Shown here: in pieces, positions 1-10,519 of the stretch
Layout: every line of letters starts with the position of its first letter
How positions within the stretch are numbered: the stretch's first letter is position 1
Assembly: GCA_000165345.1 (NCBI GenBank)
Contig: CM000435.1
Coordinates: forward strand, 352,001-416,000
Direction: 5' to 3'
DNA length: 64,000 bases
Notes under the pieces: generated by a model
Told to the model about the DNA's origin: nothing
The model's input: only the letters and a program-made list of their open reading frames with translations
Databases searched by the model: none
Program-made: the position numbers and the translations under genes

Positions 1-797
1 GGAGGAACTCTTTTACATTCTGGAGTCATAGTAAAGTCCATCATTTTACATATGGTTTCAGCATCCTCTTGAGTAACTGTTTCAACAGTAAGTGGATCTC
101 TCAAAGCTAAGATATTTTGTTGACAAACATCATAAACAGTTCGATATTTGACATTAGGAAGCTGGGAAGGTCTAACAAGTTGAACCAATCTACAGATTGA
201 TTGTTGTTCAAGCTTTCCTCTGAACCTGTTTTCAATATCATCAACAAGAACAAAATCTGGCCATGCCAAGTCAGCACATTCATCATGGCCCCATGGTTCT
301 ATATTTGAGCACCAGGTCTCAGTATTTTCAGAATGAATTCCCATATCCAAAAGAACCTGTTCACAAGCCTCCTGACTCCATCCAAAAGTAGAGAACTTTT
401 GGAACATAGTTTCAAAATCCTTAACAGTATACTTGAATGGACTGTTGGAATATTTTGGATCAGATTGGAATCTCCAAGCTGCAATTTCAGCCCATTGTCT
501 GGCTCTTTCAAGAACGGCACTTTCTTTAACTCTTTGGTATCTTCTAGCAATTGGAATATAACCAATAGGAAGTCTATATTCTCTTAAACTGTCTACCCAC
601 TTTTTATGTTCTAATGGACTCATCCATGGACCCGACATATACATATTCGTAACTGCTCCAGTTAAAGCTGCTGAATGTTGTGATGGTGGATGCAACCCCG
701 GAACAACCTGGGTTGGCATATAGAATTGATCAAAGTTCTCTGCAAGGCATGCTCCCACAAATGCCAATGCGGTGCTAATAGTGAATATCAACTTCAT
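1..797 (-). CDS. Partial gene (start codon and N-terminal ~265 aa in window; the 3' end runs off the window start). Secreted protein of unknown family
   Basis: Minus-strand ATG at 797-795, then an uninterrupted reading frame to position 1. The N-terminus MKLIFTISTALAFVGACLA looks like a signal peptide. It is absent from the ORF track only because no stop codon lies inside the window. Confidence 0.5.
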   Translation of the reverse strand, partial: MKLIFTISTALAFVGACLAENFDQFYMPTQVVPGLHPPSQHSAALTGAVTNMYMSGPWMSPLEHKKWVDSLREYRLPIGYIPIARRYQRVKESAVLERARQWAEIAAWRFQSDPKYSNSPFKYTVKDFETMFQKFSTFGWSQEACEQVLLDMGIHSENTETWCSNIEPWGHDECADLAWPDFVLVDDIENRFRGKLEQQSICRLVQLVRPSQLPNVKYRTVYDVCQQNILALRDPLTVETVTQEDAETICKMMDFTMTPECKRVP

Positions 798-1126
798 GAT
801 TGATTCAATAATAATTTAGATTCACAAATTTGCAAAGAGTCTTCAGGTTTCTCAGTTCCGAAGCTTTGAATAATTTTCTATCAATCTTAATAACTTATTT
901 TTTTAATGCTGCTTCTATTTTATTACTCCACTAATAATTCCTTCTTCCAATCAAATCCACTCACTTAAGTCGATTTAATGAAAGATTCACTGCCCTATAA
1001 ATTTCAAGAAAACTCTAAGTTTACTGTCCAACTGTTCCTTTCCTTTATTTTTGCTTTATGGAATTTCCAAGCAGAGAGGAACACGTCCTGGATCTATAAA
1101 CATGTTAGATCTGCCCGCCACTATGC

Positions 1127-1217
1127 CGCATGGGCGCCATATATTTAAGATGGGGCACTTAAATCCGAGTTTGCATGCGCATGTAAGTTTGGCGGACTAA
1201 TGGCCATTTCCCGCCCC
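1127..1217. promoter_or_regulatory. Cluster of E2F-like sites (GGGCGCC, TTTGGCGG, TTTCCCGCC) with GCATGCGCATG
   Basis: Direct reading: tgggcgccat (1131-1140), gcatgcgcatgtaagtttggcgg (about 1173-1194) and atttcccgcccc (1206-1217), in the 1.2-kb ORF-free region upstream of the 2235 gene. Confidence 0.5.
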
Positions 1218-1439
1218 ATAAACATGCAGAGGGTAGTTTGTTTCTTACTTTGTCCTGAATTCCCTCTTTTCCCTCTTTTTGTCATGAATTTCCTTATAGT
1301 AGATCTGTTGAGGGGAGGGTGCTTTGTTTGGATCGCTTGTTCGAGTAGACTTGGATGTCGTCATATTCTTTCTTTTCATTGTTTTGAACTTATTACGTGA
1401 TTCTTTTTCTGTGAGGAAAAGAATTGCTTACAGTTATAA

Positions 1440-2155
1440 ATTCTTTCTATTTATGCTTTAGAAGTGATAGAGAGAGATAAAGAAAGAAAAGAGGATTTCA
1501 GAATTCAATAAAGAATAGGCTAGGCAGAAAATAAAGTTCAGTACAAGGAAATCCAATTAGGCTTTCATATATAGTTGATATTAATTACGGTGTATTATTT
1601 GAATAAAACAAAAAAAAATAACTTTTTCATGCAATTTGATTAAATGACCCTAATTTGTATTAGGATAATAAGAATTCAGCTAAATGAAAAAAAAATCTTA
1701 AAATTTGTTGTGAATATTTTTACATAAATACTACATAAAATTTGGTTAATTCTAACTCCTCCTATTTGAATCGATTTGCTTTAAAGAGAAAAAGAAGCAA
1801 AGTCCTAACCTATTGAATTATTTACTTGGTTAAAAGAAAAGTTTTGTGAAAGTGGGATAGAGAGTGAGTGGAAGAAAAGAAGGAAAGAAAAGAAATAGGG
1901 TCAGTCTGAAAAAGTTGATTATTACCTTTGATCCAGAGTTGAAGGGAATACTTATTAAAAAGAGGAAGAAAAAAAATCTTCAGCTCTTTTGATTATATCA
2001 TATTCTCTGCTTTATAAAGTATTTCACTTAATTTTGTATCCATTGAAAAAGGTTACATATATTAAGAGAAAGAAAGAAAGAGCTGATAGACTTAGGTACT
2101 CTTAAATTAATAAAATAGAGATTTAACATATTAAAGAGAAAGAAGAAAAGCTTTA
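1440..2155. repeat. Three GA-rich (GAGA/GAAA) purine tracts (about 1440-1530, 1841-1905, 2050-2155) in the ORF-free region upstream of the 2235 gene
   Basis: gaagtgatagagagagataaagaaagaaaagagg; gagagtgagtggaagaaaagaaggaaagaaaagaaatagg; aagagaaagaaagaaagagctgat...aaagagaaagaagaaaagc. Confidence 0.6.
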
Positions 2156-2234
2156 AAAGAGCAACTAGTTTTTAGTTATTTAAGAAGAAAAAAGTCCAGG
2201 TTAAGATAATTTCAGCTTAATTGAATTCTGAACA

Positions 2235-3443
2235 ATGCAGCCAATTGGAGCATTTGGGATGGTTCCCCAATTAATAAATCCACCGGTGATGATGGTACCT
2301 GGAAGAAGCTCTGGGAAAGGTTCGAGTGGAAATTGTTGTGGTGGAAGTAATTCTAAAAGAAAAGGTTCCTGTGGTTCATGCGGAAGATGTTTTGGGTCAC
2401 TATTTATTATTCTATTTGCTTTTATATGTACCTCTTGTTGCTATGCTTATCCAATTTATAACTCCTTTACTAACCCAGAATACTTTAAGAAACAGGAGAC
2501 ACCAATTTGGACATGGGAAACGGCTTTTAGTAAAGCAAAAGAAATTGGCTACTCTATGTCATTAACCAAATCTCCAGAAGACGGAAATGGAACTTCTGAA
2601 AATACAGCAAGAAGTAGAGAAATGGATAGAGTTCAGTTCCTTAAATTGAATTCTACGGATGATAATAACAGAAATGCTAGTACATTTATTAACTTGGAGA
2701 ATATTTTAGGTCAGAATTCTTCCAAAATATTCTTCCCTCCATACAATAACACTTATATTTCTAGTCTTCTATATTCTAACCCAGAAAGGAAGCTAAGCAT
2801 AAGAGGAGGAGTAGGAGGATTGAACCTCGTAAAAGACTTAGCTATTGGAGTAAAGACTAAACAGATACCCAATAAATACTTCAACAAGGAGTACTGCGAT
2901 AGAGGAAGAGAAGAAAAATCGGAGGGAGTTTGGAATGAATTTTGCAACTATAAACATAATGTAACTAACTTAGAATGTATTGATATGATGAACGGGCCAG
3001 CAATATGTGTTGGAATTAGAAATCGTAAATATGAAGTGTTTTCAGTTTCAAAGCAATGCAAATTCATTGACCCCGAAATCCCTGTTGAAATCTTTCCAAC
3101 AATATCAGACATTTGCTATAGTGGAAAATACTTGAATAGTTCATTAGCTACATTTAATATTACTAAGCCAATATGTCCTTGCATGATTAGTTCAAGTCCA
3201 GTTGATAATTTAGAATTAAATGAAAATACGACAATAGCAACAACATTAACTGGCAATCAAAAAACAAGGGACTTTATTCTACAAGACAAAGCCAACCCAG
3301 AAACTCAGAAAATGCTCAGAGGGCCTGAAGGAATTTCAGACAGCTCTTCCAATTCTGGTTTAATTCATTCTACCGCCAAAACCCTTAATCATGCTATTCC
3401 GGGGAACAATACAAACTCTACACTAAAAATGCTCAATTCTTAG
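2235..3443 (+). CDS. Hypothetical membrane glycoprotein with a Gly/Cys-rich cytoplasmic N-terminus, one hydrophobic anchor and an N-glycosylation-rich, Cys-containing ectodomain
   Basis: 402-aa ORF. Cys cluster CCGGSNSKRKGSCGSCGRC, then the hydrophobic stretch LFIILFAFICTSCCYAYPIY. Many NxS/T sequons. No recognisable enzymatic motif. Confidence 0.5.
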   Translation: MQPIGAFGMVPQLINPPVMMVPGRSSGKGSSGNCCGGSNSKRKGSCGSCGRCFGSLFIILFAFICTSCCYAYPIYNSFTNPEYFKKQETPIWTWETAFSKAKEIGYSMSLTKSPEDGNGTSENTARSREMDRVQFLKLNSTDDNNRNASTFINLENILGQNSSKIFFPPYNNTYISSLLYSNPERKLSIRGGVGGLNLVKDLAIGVKTKQIPNKYFNKEYCDRGREEKSEGVWNEFCNYKHNVTNLECIDMMNGPAICVGIRNRKYEVFSVSKQCKFIDPEIPVEIFPTISDICYSGKYLNSSLATFNITKPICPCMISSSPVDNLELNENTTIATTLTGNQKTRDFILQDKANPETQKMLRGPEGISDSSSNSGLIHSTAKTLNHAIPGNNTNSTLKMLNS

Positions 3444-3589
3444 AATAGCATTACAAAGGAAAGAAAGAGAGAGCTAATTGATTGAAACACTTTCTGTCAG
3501 TTGATTTATTGTAAATGACGATTATCTTCTCAATTAAATCAGCTCAACTGGTTTTGAAAATGCATCTAACTTTGGCATTATATACATAG

Positions 3590-3612
3590 AAATAATAATA
3601 ATAATAATAATA
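3590..3612. repeat. (AAT)n microsatellite
   Basis: aataataataataataataata read directly. Confidence 0.8.
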
Positions 3613-4799
3613 TACATAGGTTGACTTCTTTTGTTTGTATTTTGATTGAAATTAGTAGGTAAAATGAAATAAATATACATATATATATGCTTAAAAGTCA
3701 GACATTCAAATAATGTTAATCTACCAAAATAGTTAATTTTACAATATGCCAAAAACTAGCAATGACTTCTCCCTTCTTGGCAATTTGAAAACTAAAGTAA
3801 AAATAAATACGGTGTGGCGCCGGCGCTTGATGTGAGGCTCAATAATTAATTCTTTGCATTAATAAAAGAGGGAAAAAAGGAAAATAAAACTTAAGTTACT
3901 GAAAACAACTCAGAAAAAACAGCTGTTAAATGATTTAATGAGAACTATAAGATTAAGAGTTGGCGATTGAGTCTGCCCTTTTTAAAACTGTTCAGAGTTT
4001 AATTTTCTACGAAAAGATGCATGCAATAAATCGCCATACTTGGCGCCCAAAAGGATTGAGTCAAAATAGTTTAATACTGGAATAGAGAATTTTATTATAT
4101 TTCCTATTATGAAACTAGAACGTTAGACATGTGCTTCACGTAATAAAAAAGAAGTCAAACTGTACAAGGTATAATATCTGCTTTTTGCGTCGAGTAGAAA
4201 GGAAGGAGAGACACTTTACTTTTTCTCAAAGATTCTAGAGAACTATATCTTAGTTCAAAAAAATCTATTAAAATAATTCGAACTTTTTTTTTTAGCTATT
4301 GTATAGAATACGTTTGAATGCCACATGGAATCAAATAAAAAGCGTTTTACCGTTTATTGAGTGTAATTTGACTATCAGAGTAAATAATTAGATGTCAGGA
4401 AGTAGTTTACTTGGCTCTACACAACTGCACTCATACTCAGTAATACGCATTACGAATTATCTGAAGTTAAGGGAGTCTTTGCCACCTCCAACTCTAAAGC
4501 TCCTTTTTACCATTCATTAGAAAACTTACAATGGCGTAAAGGATTCGGAAAGCGGCTTCCTCGAAACCTAAAGCCAAAAGTAATCACATTTTTTTAAATT
4601 AGTTTTCGTGATTTGTACAATTACATAAATCTATTGGATTCTACCTCGTTTAGATTTCAGTAAAGTCAACTAAAATTTCCTATAATGATCCTAATTGGAA
4701 ATTTAAACTAGTAATCTACATTTTGTATGCCTTATGAATCCATTAATCTCCTTATCACTTTACATTATTTTATTCCCCTCTTCGTCTTAATTGCCCATA

Positions 4800-4860
4800 C
4801 CCTCACTGGAACGGCTACGTACCGATACTCGGGCGCGCAAATCTTGGCGCCGCGCAGACT
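4800..4860. promoter_or_regulatory. GC-rich island with an E2F-like TTGGCGCCGCGC, upstream of the CRAL-TRIO gene
   Basis: cggctacgtaccgatactcgggcgcgcaaatcttggcgccgcgcagac. A GC-rich, partly palindromic island in otherwise AT-rich DNA, about 140 bp before the ATG at 4985. Confidence 0.5.
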
Positions 4861-4984
4861 ATATGAGGAGCTTAGATAAACTGAATATAGTGTGAAATAA
4901 GACCTGGAGTGAAAATTGGAATTCATAACAACATTGAAAGAGAATAAGGAGAATGCAAGGAGAGATTCAGGATAGGAAGGTTCA

Positions 4985-7900
4985 TTGATGATGACCACAA
5001 GGTACAGTTTTCTTCATGCTCTTATTTGCATTTGGTTATTATTTCGGATTATTTTGGAACCGGTTAATGGCAAAAATGACTCAAAGTTCAAGTTTGGACC
5101 GCAGCATCCTCCTCATGATAGAACAGTTATCACTGACTTTGATAACTATGCGATTCAATATTGTGGTCTAAAGGACTCAGTTTTTAACGTAGCTCATTGT
5201 ATTTTTCATGCATTTGTTGAAATACTTGAAGAAAGGGAGCTCAAATATGAGGATTATGAGAGTGTTATTAATTTGTTACTACAAGGAAAGAATCTAGCAT
5301 CTCACCAGAAGTTAATTTCTTCTACAAATAGTTGTCAAAGTATGGTTGTCCCATATATTAAATTTTCTAAGCCTAAATCTTCAAAATCTATTATGGGAGT
5401 CAAAATTTCTACAAAGATTGAGGATTATTGTAAATTTGCCTTTAGATGTATTAGTAATGGGTCAAATACACTTGTTAAAAGCAAACAGTCTGTTATGCAA
5501 GAACACCTTGGAAAATGGATTGGTACTTCTTTGAAGGAAAATGAGGGTTTTGGCATAGTTATAGCTTCTAGACTTGATTTTCGGATTTCTCAGCTTAAAG
5601 TCCGTTCAAAAGAACCAAATGAACTTTTAAAGATTGGATGCAAACTTGCATCAGAGTCTCCATCAAAGAGAGAGTCTCTTTGTATGGAGATCTTTAACAA
5701 CAAAGAAATTTGTTCTATTGTTGCCCCTTATAAGTTATCATTTAAAGGCTGGTCTCATCCTCCTATAGATCCTATTCAAAATAAGCCTTTCAAGTTTAAT
5801 CCTAAGACTATGATCGATGAGAAAATTAAGAGTATTGTAAATATTCAAGTTAATGAAGAGCTTCCTCCTTACTGTATGCCTCAAGAGATTTTTTCTTATA
5901 AACCTCCTCCAGAAACCTATACTAAAGAAAAGAAGATAATTCATTTTTATACTGATATAAGCCAAACTGAAAAAGCTATTATTGACCAATTTCTAATGCA
6001 TTTTGTGATTAATTATGGTAAAATCCCAAGAGTGATTTTTGATAGAAGATCTAGATATGCAATTGAAGGATGGCTTTCACATAAAAATAAATCTCCAATC
6101 ATCTCAGTACATAACTCCATGTATTCTTTAGGAAGAAAGCTCCATTACAAGGATGCAATGAGTGGAATGTTATATTCAAATTCAGGATATAAAAAAGAAA
6201 CTTATCCTTACAATCTTCCTCAATTTAAAATATTTTCTGTATATTCTGATAAAACACATACTTTTGATATTAGTGACACTAATCCACTGATCTCCACTTG
6301 TTTAAAAGAAGGATGTGCCTATTTTATAGGAAGAAGTGCTTCAATGACTCCAGTTTTAGTCATCAGAGCCTCGACAATAATATCAATAAAGAGTTTTAAA
6401 CAGTCCTCAGCATCTTTCCTTGTCATGTTTTTAATGGAATTTGCGGAAAAGTATTTGTTTTTCCCAGGAAAAGTTGAAACTATTGACATTATTGTTGACT
6501 GTAGAGGTTTCTCGCTTACAAACTTTTCAACTCTATTAAGAATCAAACCAATCCTTCTATATTGGCAGGATGAAGGTATTGTTAATCAATATCCTTTGAG
6601 ATTCAACAACATTTTTATCATTCAACAAAACGATATCTGGACTACCTTGAAAGACATTCTTGGAAGATTCTGGCTAGAAGAAACTGTTAAGAGTGTCCAA
6701 GTCATTAGTAATGTCTCCAATAATCCCAAGGATAATCCAGATCTTAAGCTTCTTTGGAGATACATTTCTCCGCACTTAATTGAAATTGATATAGGAGGTT
6801 CCAGACCCAAGTTGCAAAGTGGTCAATTTTACCCATTTAAGATCTTGCCAGGCCCATATAAGCCTTTCAACACTAATCTACTAGACCCTAAAGTCACTCC
6901 AACTCTTAGTGACTGGCCTAGTCCTGATTTTAATTCACCCAAAAACCTCTACAAGCTCCTTCCAAAGAACTTCTTCCATTCAAGGGAAAAAACCCTGGAT
7001 GGGAATGAGAATGTTGCTCCCATCAACTGGAAGGAATCCAAGCAGCTTTTAAATAGTATTCCAAAGAATCTATGGCCAGAAATGTCAACTCCAACATCAG
7101 AATTTAAATCAGAAGATAACTTAGAAAATAAGGCGGACTCTAAAGGTTCTTTAGTCTCAGAAAACAAAGGAGAAAAGAATGATATTGAAGATCCTCAAGA
7201 TACTCAAAACAGAAATGACACTTCAAAAACAACCATTGATACGGAGAAGCTCACAAAGAGTACCCCTAGAAGTATTAATACTTTAAGCAGCGGAAAAGAT
7301 AGAGATCTACTTCTTCAGTTATTACTTACTCAGAAAATGCTCGGTAATCTCAAAGAGTTCCACTCCCTCCGCCTTGAGAAAATCAAGAACAAGCGTAATT
7401 TGGAAGAACAATGTATTCAACTTGCAACCACACATATTACATTCTTCTCAAAATTGGTCGATAAAGCTCATATTGAAATTTTGAGTAAAGTTGCTAAAAT
7501 GAAGCAAAACAAAAAGGCGCCAAATATGCCGCAAGTTGACAAAAGGTTATCCATTTTTGAAGCTTATAAAGATATTGCTTCAACTTTAAATCTTAGTAGA
7601 GCTAAGAATATGTTATCTGAAAAGAGTTTAAGCTATTTAGAACAAATTGGACGCAAGATTTCAGGAATTGAGACCAAAATCAACAAAGCAAGGCAGGAGA
7701 TTAGAATTCTTTTAAAAGAAGATCCTAGCGTATTGAAAGAAAAAGCTTCATCAGCTTGGAACGAGCTCTTGACCGCTTTAAATGAGCTTGGTGAACTTAG
7801 AAAAGGAATGAGTGATATAGAGATTAAAGAGAAGAAGATAAATATTAGGCTAAGACAAATGTGTGAACAACTTACCTCCTCAATGGGTGTAACAAAGTCA

Positions 7901-8026
7901 TTTTTAGATAGCTACAGTAAATATGACCACTATAGTATGTTCGAGAGTTCTCTTCTTTATAATATGATTAATACAATTATTAAAGGGCAAGAGTATTCTT
8001 TTGAGAACTCAACTAATGGAAAATAA
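4985..8026 (+). CDS. Large protein with a hydrophobic N-terminus, a CRAL-TRIO (Sec14-like) lipid-binding domain and a coiled-coil-rich C-terminal half
   Basis: 1013-aa ORF. The segment IDIIVDCRGFSLTNFS...VNQYPLRFNNIFIIQQ...FWLEETVKSVQV matches the Sec14 core pattern (DLKGxS...YPERxxxxxIINAP). N-terminus MMMTTRYSFLHALICIWLLFRII. An E2F-like TTGGCGCCGCGC site lies about 140 bp upstream. Confidence 0.55.
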   Translation: MMMTTRYSFLHALICIWLLFRIILEPVNGKNDSKFKFGPQHPPHDRTVITDFDNYAIQYCGLKDSVFNVAHCIFHAFVEILEERELKYEDYESVINLLLQGKNLASHQKLISSTNSCQSMVVPYIKFSKPKSSKSIMGVKISTKIEDYCKFAFRCISNGSNTLVKSKQSVMQEHLGKWIGTSLKENEGFGIVIASRLDFRISQLKVRSKEPNELLKIGCKLASESPSKRESLCMEIFNNKEICSIVAPYKLSFKGWSHPPIDPIQNKPFKFNPKTMIDEKIKSIVNIQVNEELPPYCMPQEIFSYKPPPETYTKEKKIIHFYTDISQTEKAIIDQFLMHFVINYGKIPRVIFDRRSRYAIEGWLSHKNKSPIISVHNSMYSLGRKLHYKDAMSGMLYSNSGYKKETYPYNLPQFKIFSVYSDKTHTFDISDTNPLISTCLKEGCAYFIGRSASMTPVLVIRASTIISIKSFKQSSASFLVMFLMEFAEKYLFFPGKVETIDIIVDCRGFSLTNFSTLLRIKPILLYWQDEGIVNQYPLRFNNIFIIQQNDIWTTLKDILGRFWLEETVKSVQVISNVSNNPKDNPDLKLLWRYISPHLIEIDIGGSRPKLQSGQFYPFKILPGPYKPFNTNLLDPKVTPTLSDWPSPDFNSPKNLYKLLPKNFFHSREKTLDGNENVAPINWKESKQLLNSIPKNLWPEMSTPTSEFKSEDNLENKADSKGSLVSENKGEKNDIEDPQDTQNRNDTSKTTIDTEKLTKSTPRSINTLSSGKDRDLLLQLLLTQKMLGNLKEFHSLRLEKIKNKRNLEEQCIQLATTHITFFSKLVDKAHIEILSKVAKMKQNKKAPNMPQVDKRLSIFEAYKDIASTLNLSRAKNMLSEKSLSYLEQIGRKISGIETKINKARQEIRILLKEDPSVLKEKASSAWNELLTALNELGELRKGMSDIEIKEKKINIRLRQMCEQLTSSMGVTKSFLDSYSKYDHYSMFESSLLYNMINTIIKGQEYSFENSTNGK

Positions 8027-8214
8027 TATCATTTTAATATTTGATTGATCTAATCCACATTATATTTAATATTATGCATAAATACTAATTATGGAAATAC
8101 CCCAAGCTTTATTAATTTTGCTACTGTTTATATTTGCAATTATAAGTATATCAAGTGATGGAAAATTACTTTGAAATGTTTATTAAGTACTTAGAACATT
8201 TTTTTTTTTTACAT

Positions 8215-8500
8215 TCACTTAGTTTTTTTAAGTTCTGGGCAATTTTTCAGCTCTTCCTGACTCTCTTCTCTAGCTCTATCCCTCTTCCCTGCTTCTCTAT
8301 TTTCTAAATTACCTGAAATCTAAGGTTAGTGCATGCAAACACCGGTGTACATGCACTTGCAAAAACTTGCAAATTTGCATGCAACTCCAGAAAGTAAATT
8401 GTCCAAATTTATACTTACCTTTAGACCAATTCAAAATATTATTTTCTACAGTTTTTACTATATTAGACAACTCAAACTCAATAACTTCAAATGACAACAT
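8215..8500 (-). CDS. Candidate two-exon micro-gene of about 59 aa (exon 1 8419-8500, intron 8313-8418, exon 2 8215-8312). Product unknown
   Basis: ATG at 8500. Exon 1 (MLSFEVIEFELSNIVKTVENNILNWSK) ends in phase 1 directly at a canonical GTAAGT donor. The in-phase acceptor TTTCAG continues the frame for 31 codons (GNLENREAGKRDRAREESQEELKNCPELKKTK) to a TGA stop. The intron would contain a GCATGCA motif cluster. Confidence 0.3.
8329..8393. promoter_or_regulatory. GCATGCAAACA / CACCGGTG / GCATGCA motif cluster
   Basis: gtgcatgcaaacaccggtgtacatgcacttgcaaaaacttgcaaatttgcatgcaac. It lies between two convergently oriented genes (or inside the candidate micro-gene intron). Confidence 0.4.
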
Positions 8501-8652
8501 TTCAATTCAAAAGATTAAAATACAAAGAACTATATGAATAAATAAACAAGTTAATTAAGACTAGAATCCTGGTAATTTCTGACATAACGATTGAGCGGCA
8601 AACCAATATCTAAAAAAAGAGTATTGAAAGAAATTGAGGTGAACTTTTGAAA

Positions 8653-9234
8653 CTAGTTATTTTCAAATTCACTTTCTATTTGTGAATCGTCAGTCTCCAG
8701 AGATTCAATTTCAAGGGATTCATCATCCTCTTGCTCAACTGCTTGACTATTTGAGGATATATATAAAGAAGTGGTATATACCATAGCCCAGCATTCAGTG
8801 GTTTCAGAAAAATTAGAGTCACTATAATTTCTAGTAATCTCAGAAGCAGCAGTCAATACTTCCTGAGTATCTGGAACAGGATCACTACAAACCTCAACTA
8901 ACTTTTGAATAGATTTATCCATTTGTTCGCCACTACATTCCTTTTCAAAGGATTCCTGTAATGACGCACATGCTTCATAAATTTGCTCTGGATTTTGAAC
9001 TTCCGAAGTTTCATTAGACAAATCAGCCCCCTCAAGTTCAACAACTTTCTCTGATGAAGGCTTTTGGCTTTCTTGATTATTGTCTTCTGCTTGTTTGTGG
9101 TCATTTTCCACAAGCTTAACAATATCTTCACCTTCTATTTCTTCAGCTCGACAAGAAAGAATTAGTAAGCCAAATATGAATACTAAAGTAGCAATGAAGA
9201 ACCACTTGAAACCCTTATTATAAATGTACGGCAT
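8653..9234 (-). CDS. Small acidic secreted protein, hypothetical
   Basis: 193-aa ORF with an N-terminal signal-anchor-like segment (FFIATLVFIFGLLILSC). The remainder is strongly acidic (E/D/S/Q-rich). Confidence 0.45.
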   Translation of the reverse strand: MPYIYNKGFKWFFIATLVFIFGLLILSCRAEEIEGEDIVKLVENDHKQAEDNNQESQKPSSEKVVELEGADLSNETSEVQNPEQIYEACASLQESFEKECSGEQMDKSIQKLVEVCSDPVPDTQEVLTAASEITRNYSDSNFSETTECWAMVYTTSLYISSNSQAVEQEDDESLEIESLETDDSQIESEFENN

Positions 9235-9354
9235 GTTATAATAAGTTAATTAATTCAGATTCCCAACAAAAAATATTTTAAAAAAATTCGGAATTTAATG
9301 TGTGTATAAATGCACCATTCACACAAAGTCAAAAGTAGAATAAAACAGGGATAT

Positions 9355-10434
9355 TTATGCCTCATTTAATAAAGTTGAAGGCTCCAATTTACACTTATTG
9401 ATACGTTGTTCAAGATTGTAAAGTCTCTTAATAGCGGTGTAAAGTTCAGAAATATCATCCCAATTAAAAAAGAAACAAGTAATGCCCGAAGTGACGGTAT
9501 TGAAGCATCTAATAATAGTGGCCCTCCCCCCTATGGTGATGTCTTTTCTAACAATAGCTGGAATTAAAAGTATAGTTGGTAGAAATCCAACAAGACTCCC
9601 CAAGCTTTCGCTGATTAAGCTGTATCTAAAAGAGTACAAATAAATATCACTATGAATCAACTTGAGCTCATCAACAAGAGTATCTTCTATTAGTGACAAG
9701 TTAAGTCTTGGAATACCTTCTTCACCCAAAATAAGCTGTTTTCTAAATTCAGCTTCAACAATCTCCTTTCGCATGATTTTAGAGCTCATTTTCCTGGATG
9801 TGAAATAAACCCCAAGAATCGAAACTGAAATCGATATAGCAAGATAAGAAATAAGAGAATATTCAAATCCACTTGGAAACGGTGGAATTCCTGAAACTTT
9901 CCTACTATGTTCAATCAAAATTGGAATGTGAACCAGACTTCTTGAAATAGAAATCACAACTTTAAAGAAAAGATTCAAAATAAGCTTCAAAACCTGAAGA
10001 GTATCTTCCTGGATTCTTTGAGACACTCCTTCCACTCCTTTAATGAATCTCCAATTATCAAATAAGTATTTTGACTCATAATTACGCCAATTAAGAAGTA
10101 TTACTGTTAGGAAGAAATTACTTAATACTCTAAATACACAGAGGAATATGAGGAATAATGGCAGATTTAGCATTTTTTCCCTTATTTCATCCTCATAACT
10201 CTCCCCAGGTTTTGAGTTGAACGAACTGACCAAAAGATTGTATATTTCAGAGAACCATTTTGTCACTTTCAAATGAAGCTTTGAATATTGCACATTCAGA
10301 ATGATTAACAAGAAACAGTAAAACCAAGTACTTGCAGAGTACCTACTGGAGAAAAGAAATTTCCTAATCATATTTCCATTTTTTTGTCTTAATGGCAACT
10401 TCGATTTACAAAATGTCAAGTCGTATAGCGCCAA
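9355..10434 (-). CDS. Six-TM membrane protein resembling the transmembrane domain of ABCD/SbmA-BacA-type transporters, with no nucleotide-binding domain (paralog A)
   Basis: 359 aa with six hydrophobic helices. The loop after TM2 carries NWRFIKGVEGVSQRIQEDT (compare the ABCD/SbmA N(P)DQR(I/L)T(Q/E)D motif). After TM4 comes EAEFRKQLILGEEGI (compare the ABCD EGE(F/Y)R...SEEIAFY motif). No Walker A/B or ABC signature motifs downstream. Confidence 0.6.
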   Translation of the reverse strand: MALYDLTFCKSKLPLRQKNGNMIRKFLFSSRYSASTWFYCFLLIILNVQYSKLHLKVTKWFSEIYNLLVSSFNSKPGESYEDEIREKMLNLPLFLIFLCVFRVLSNFFLTVILLNWRNYESKYLFDNWRFIKGVEGVSQRIQEDTLQVLKLILNLFFKVVISISRSLVHIPILIEHSRKVSGIPPFPSGFEYSLISYLAISISVSILGVYFTSRKMSSKIMRKEIVEAEFRKQLILGEEGIPRLNLSLIEDTLVDELKLIHSDIYLYSFRYSLISESLGSLVGFLPTILLIPAIVRKDITIGGRATIIRCFNTVTSGITCFFFNWDDISELYTAIKRLYNLEQRINKCKLEPSTLLNEA

Positions 10435-10519
10435 CTATTGTTTCAAGTATGTCTAATCAGTTAACTTCTAGACAAGAGACTACAGAGAGAAGAGATAGAA
10501 GGGTTTTAAAGTAGCAGTA

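Noticed and set aside
2326-2565. Many short ORFs nested inside or antisense to long genes (for example 2326-2565, 5346-5534, 15261-15635, 28838-29233, 36853-37110, 45096-45296, 42089-42421)
   Set aside because: They overlap much longer ORFs with recognisable domains. In AT-rich DNA, antisense and alternate-frame ORFs of 60-130 aa arise by chance.
3534-3752. 72-aa ORF with a poly-Ile run
   Set aside because: The poly-Ile run is a translation of the (AAT)n microsatellite in non-coding DNA.
8411-8425. ATACTTACCTTTAG on the plus strand resembles the 5' end of U1 snRNA (AUACUUACCU), and it sits just downstream of a motif cluster
   Set aside because: No Sm site, no stem-loops and no GC-rich helices follow. 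ACTTAC is simply the reverse complement of the GTAAGT donor used throughout this genome. A minus-strand splice donor explains it better.
10441-10500. tacagagagaagagatagaagg resembles the U6 ACAGAGA box
   Set aside because: No flanking U6 sequence (GATTAGCATGG etc.). It lies in the 85-bp bidirectional promoter of the ABCD-like pair.
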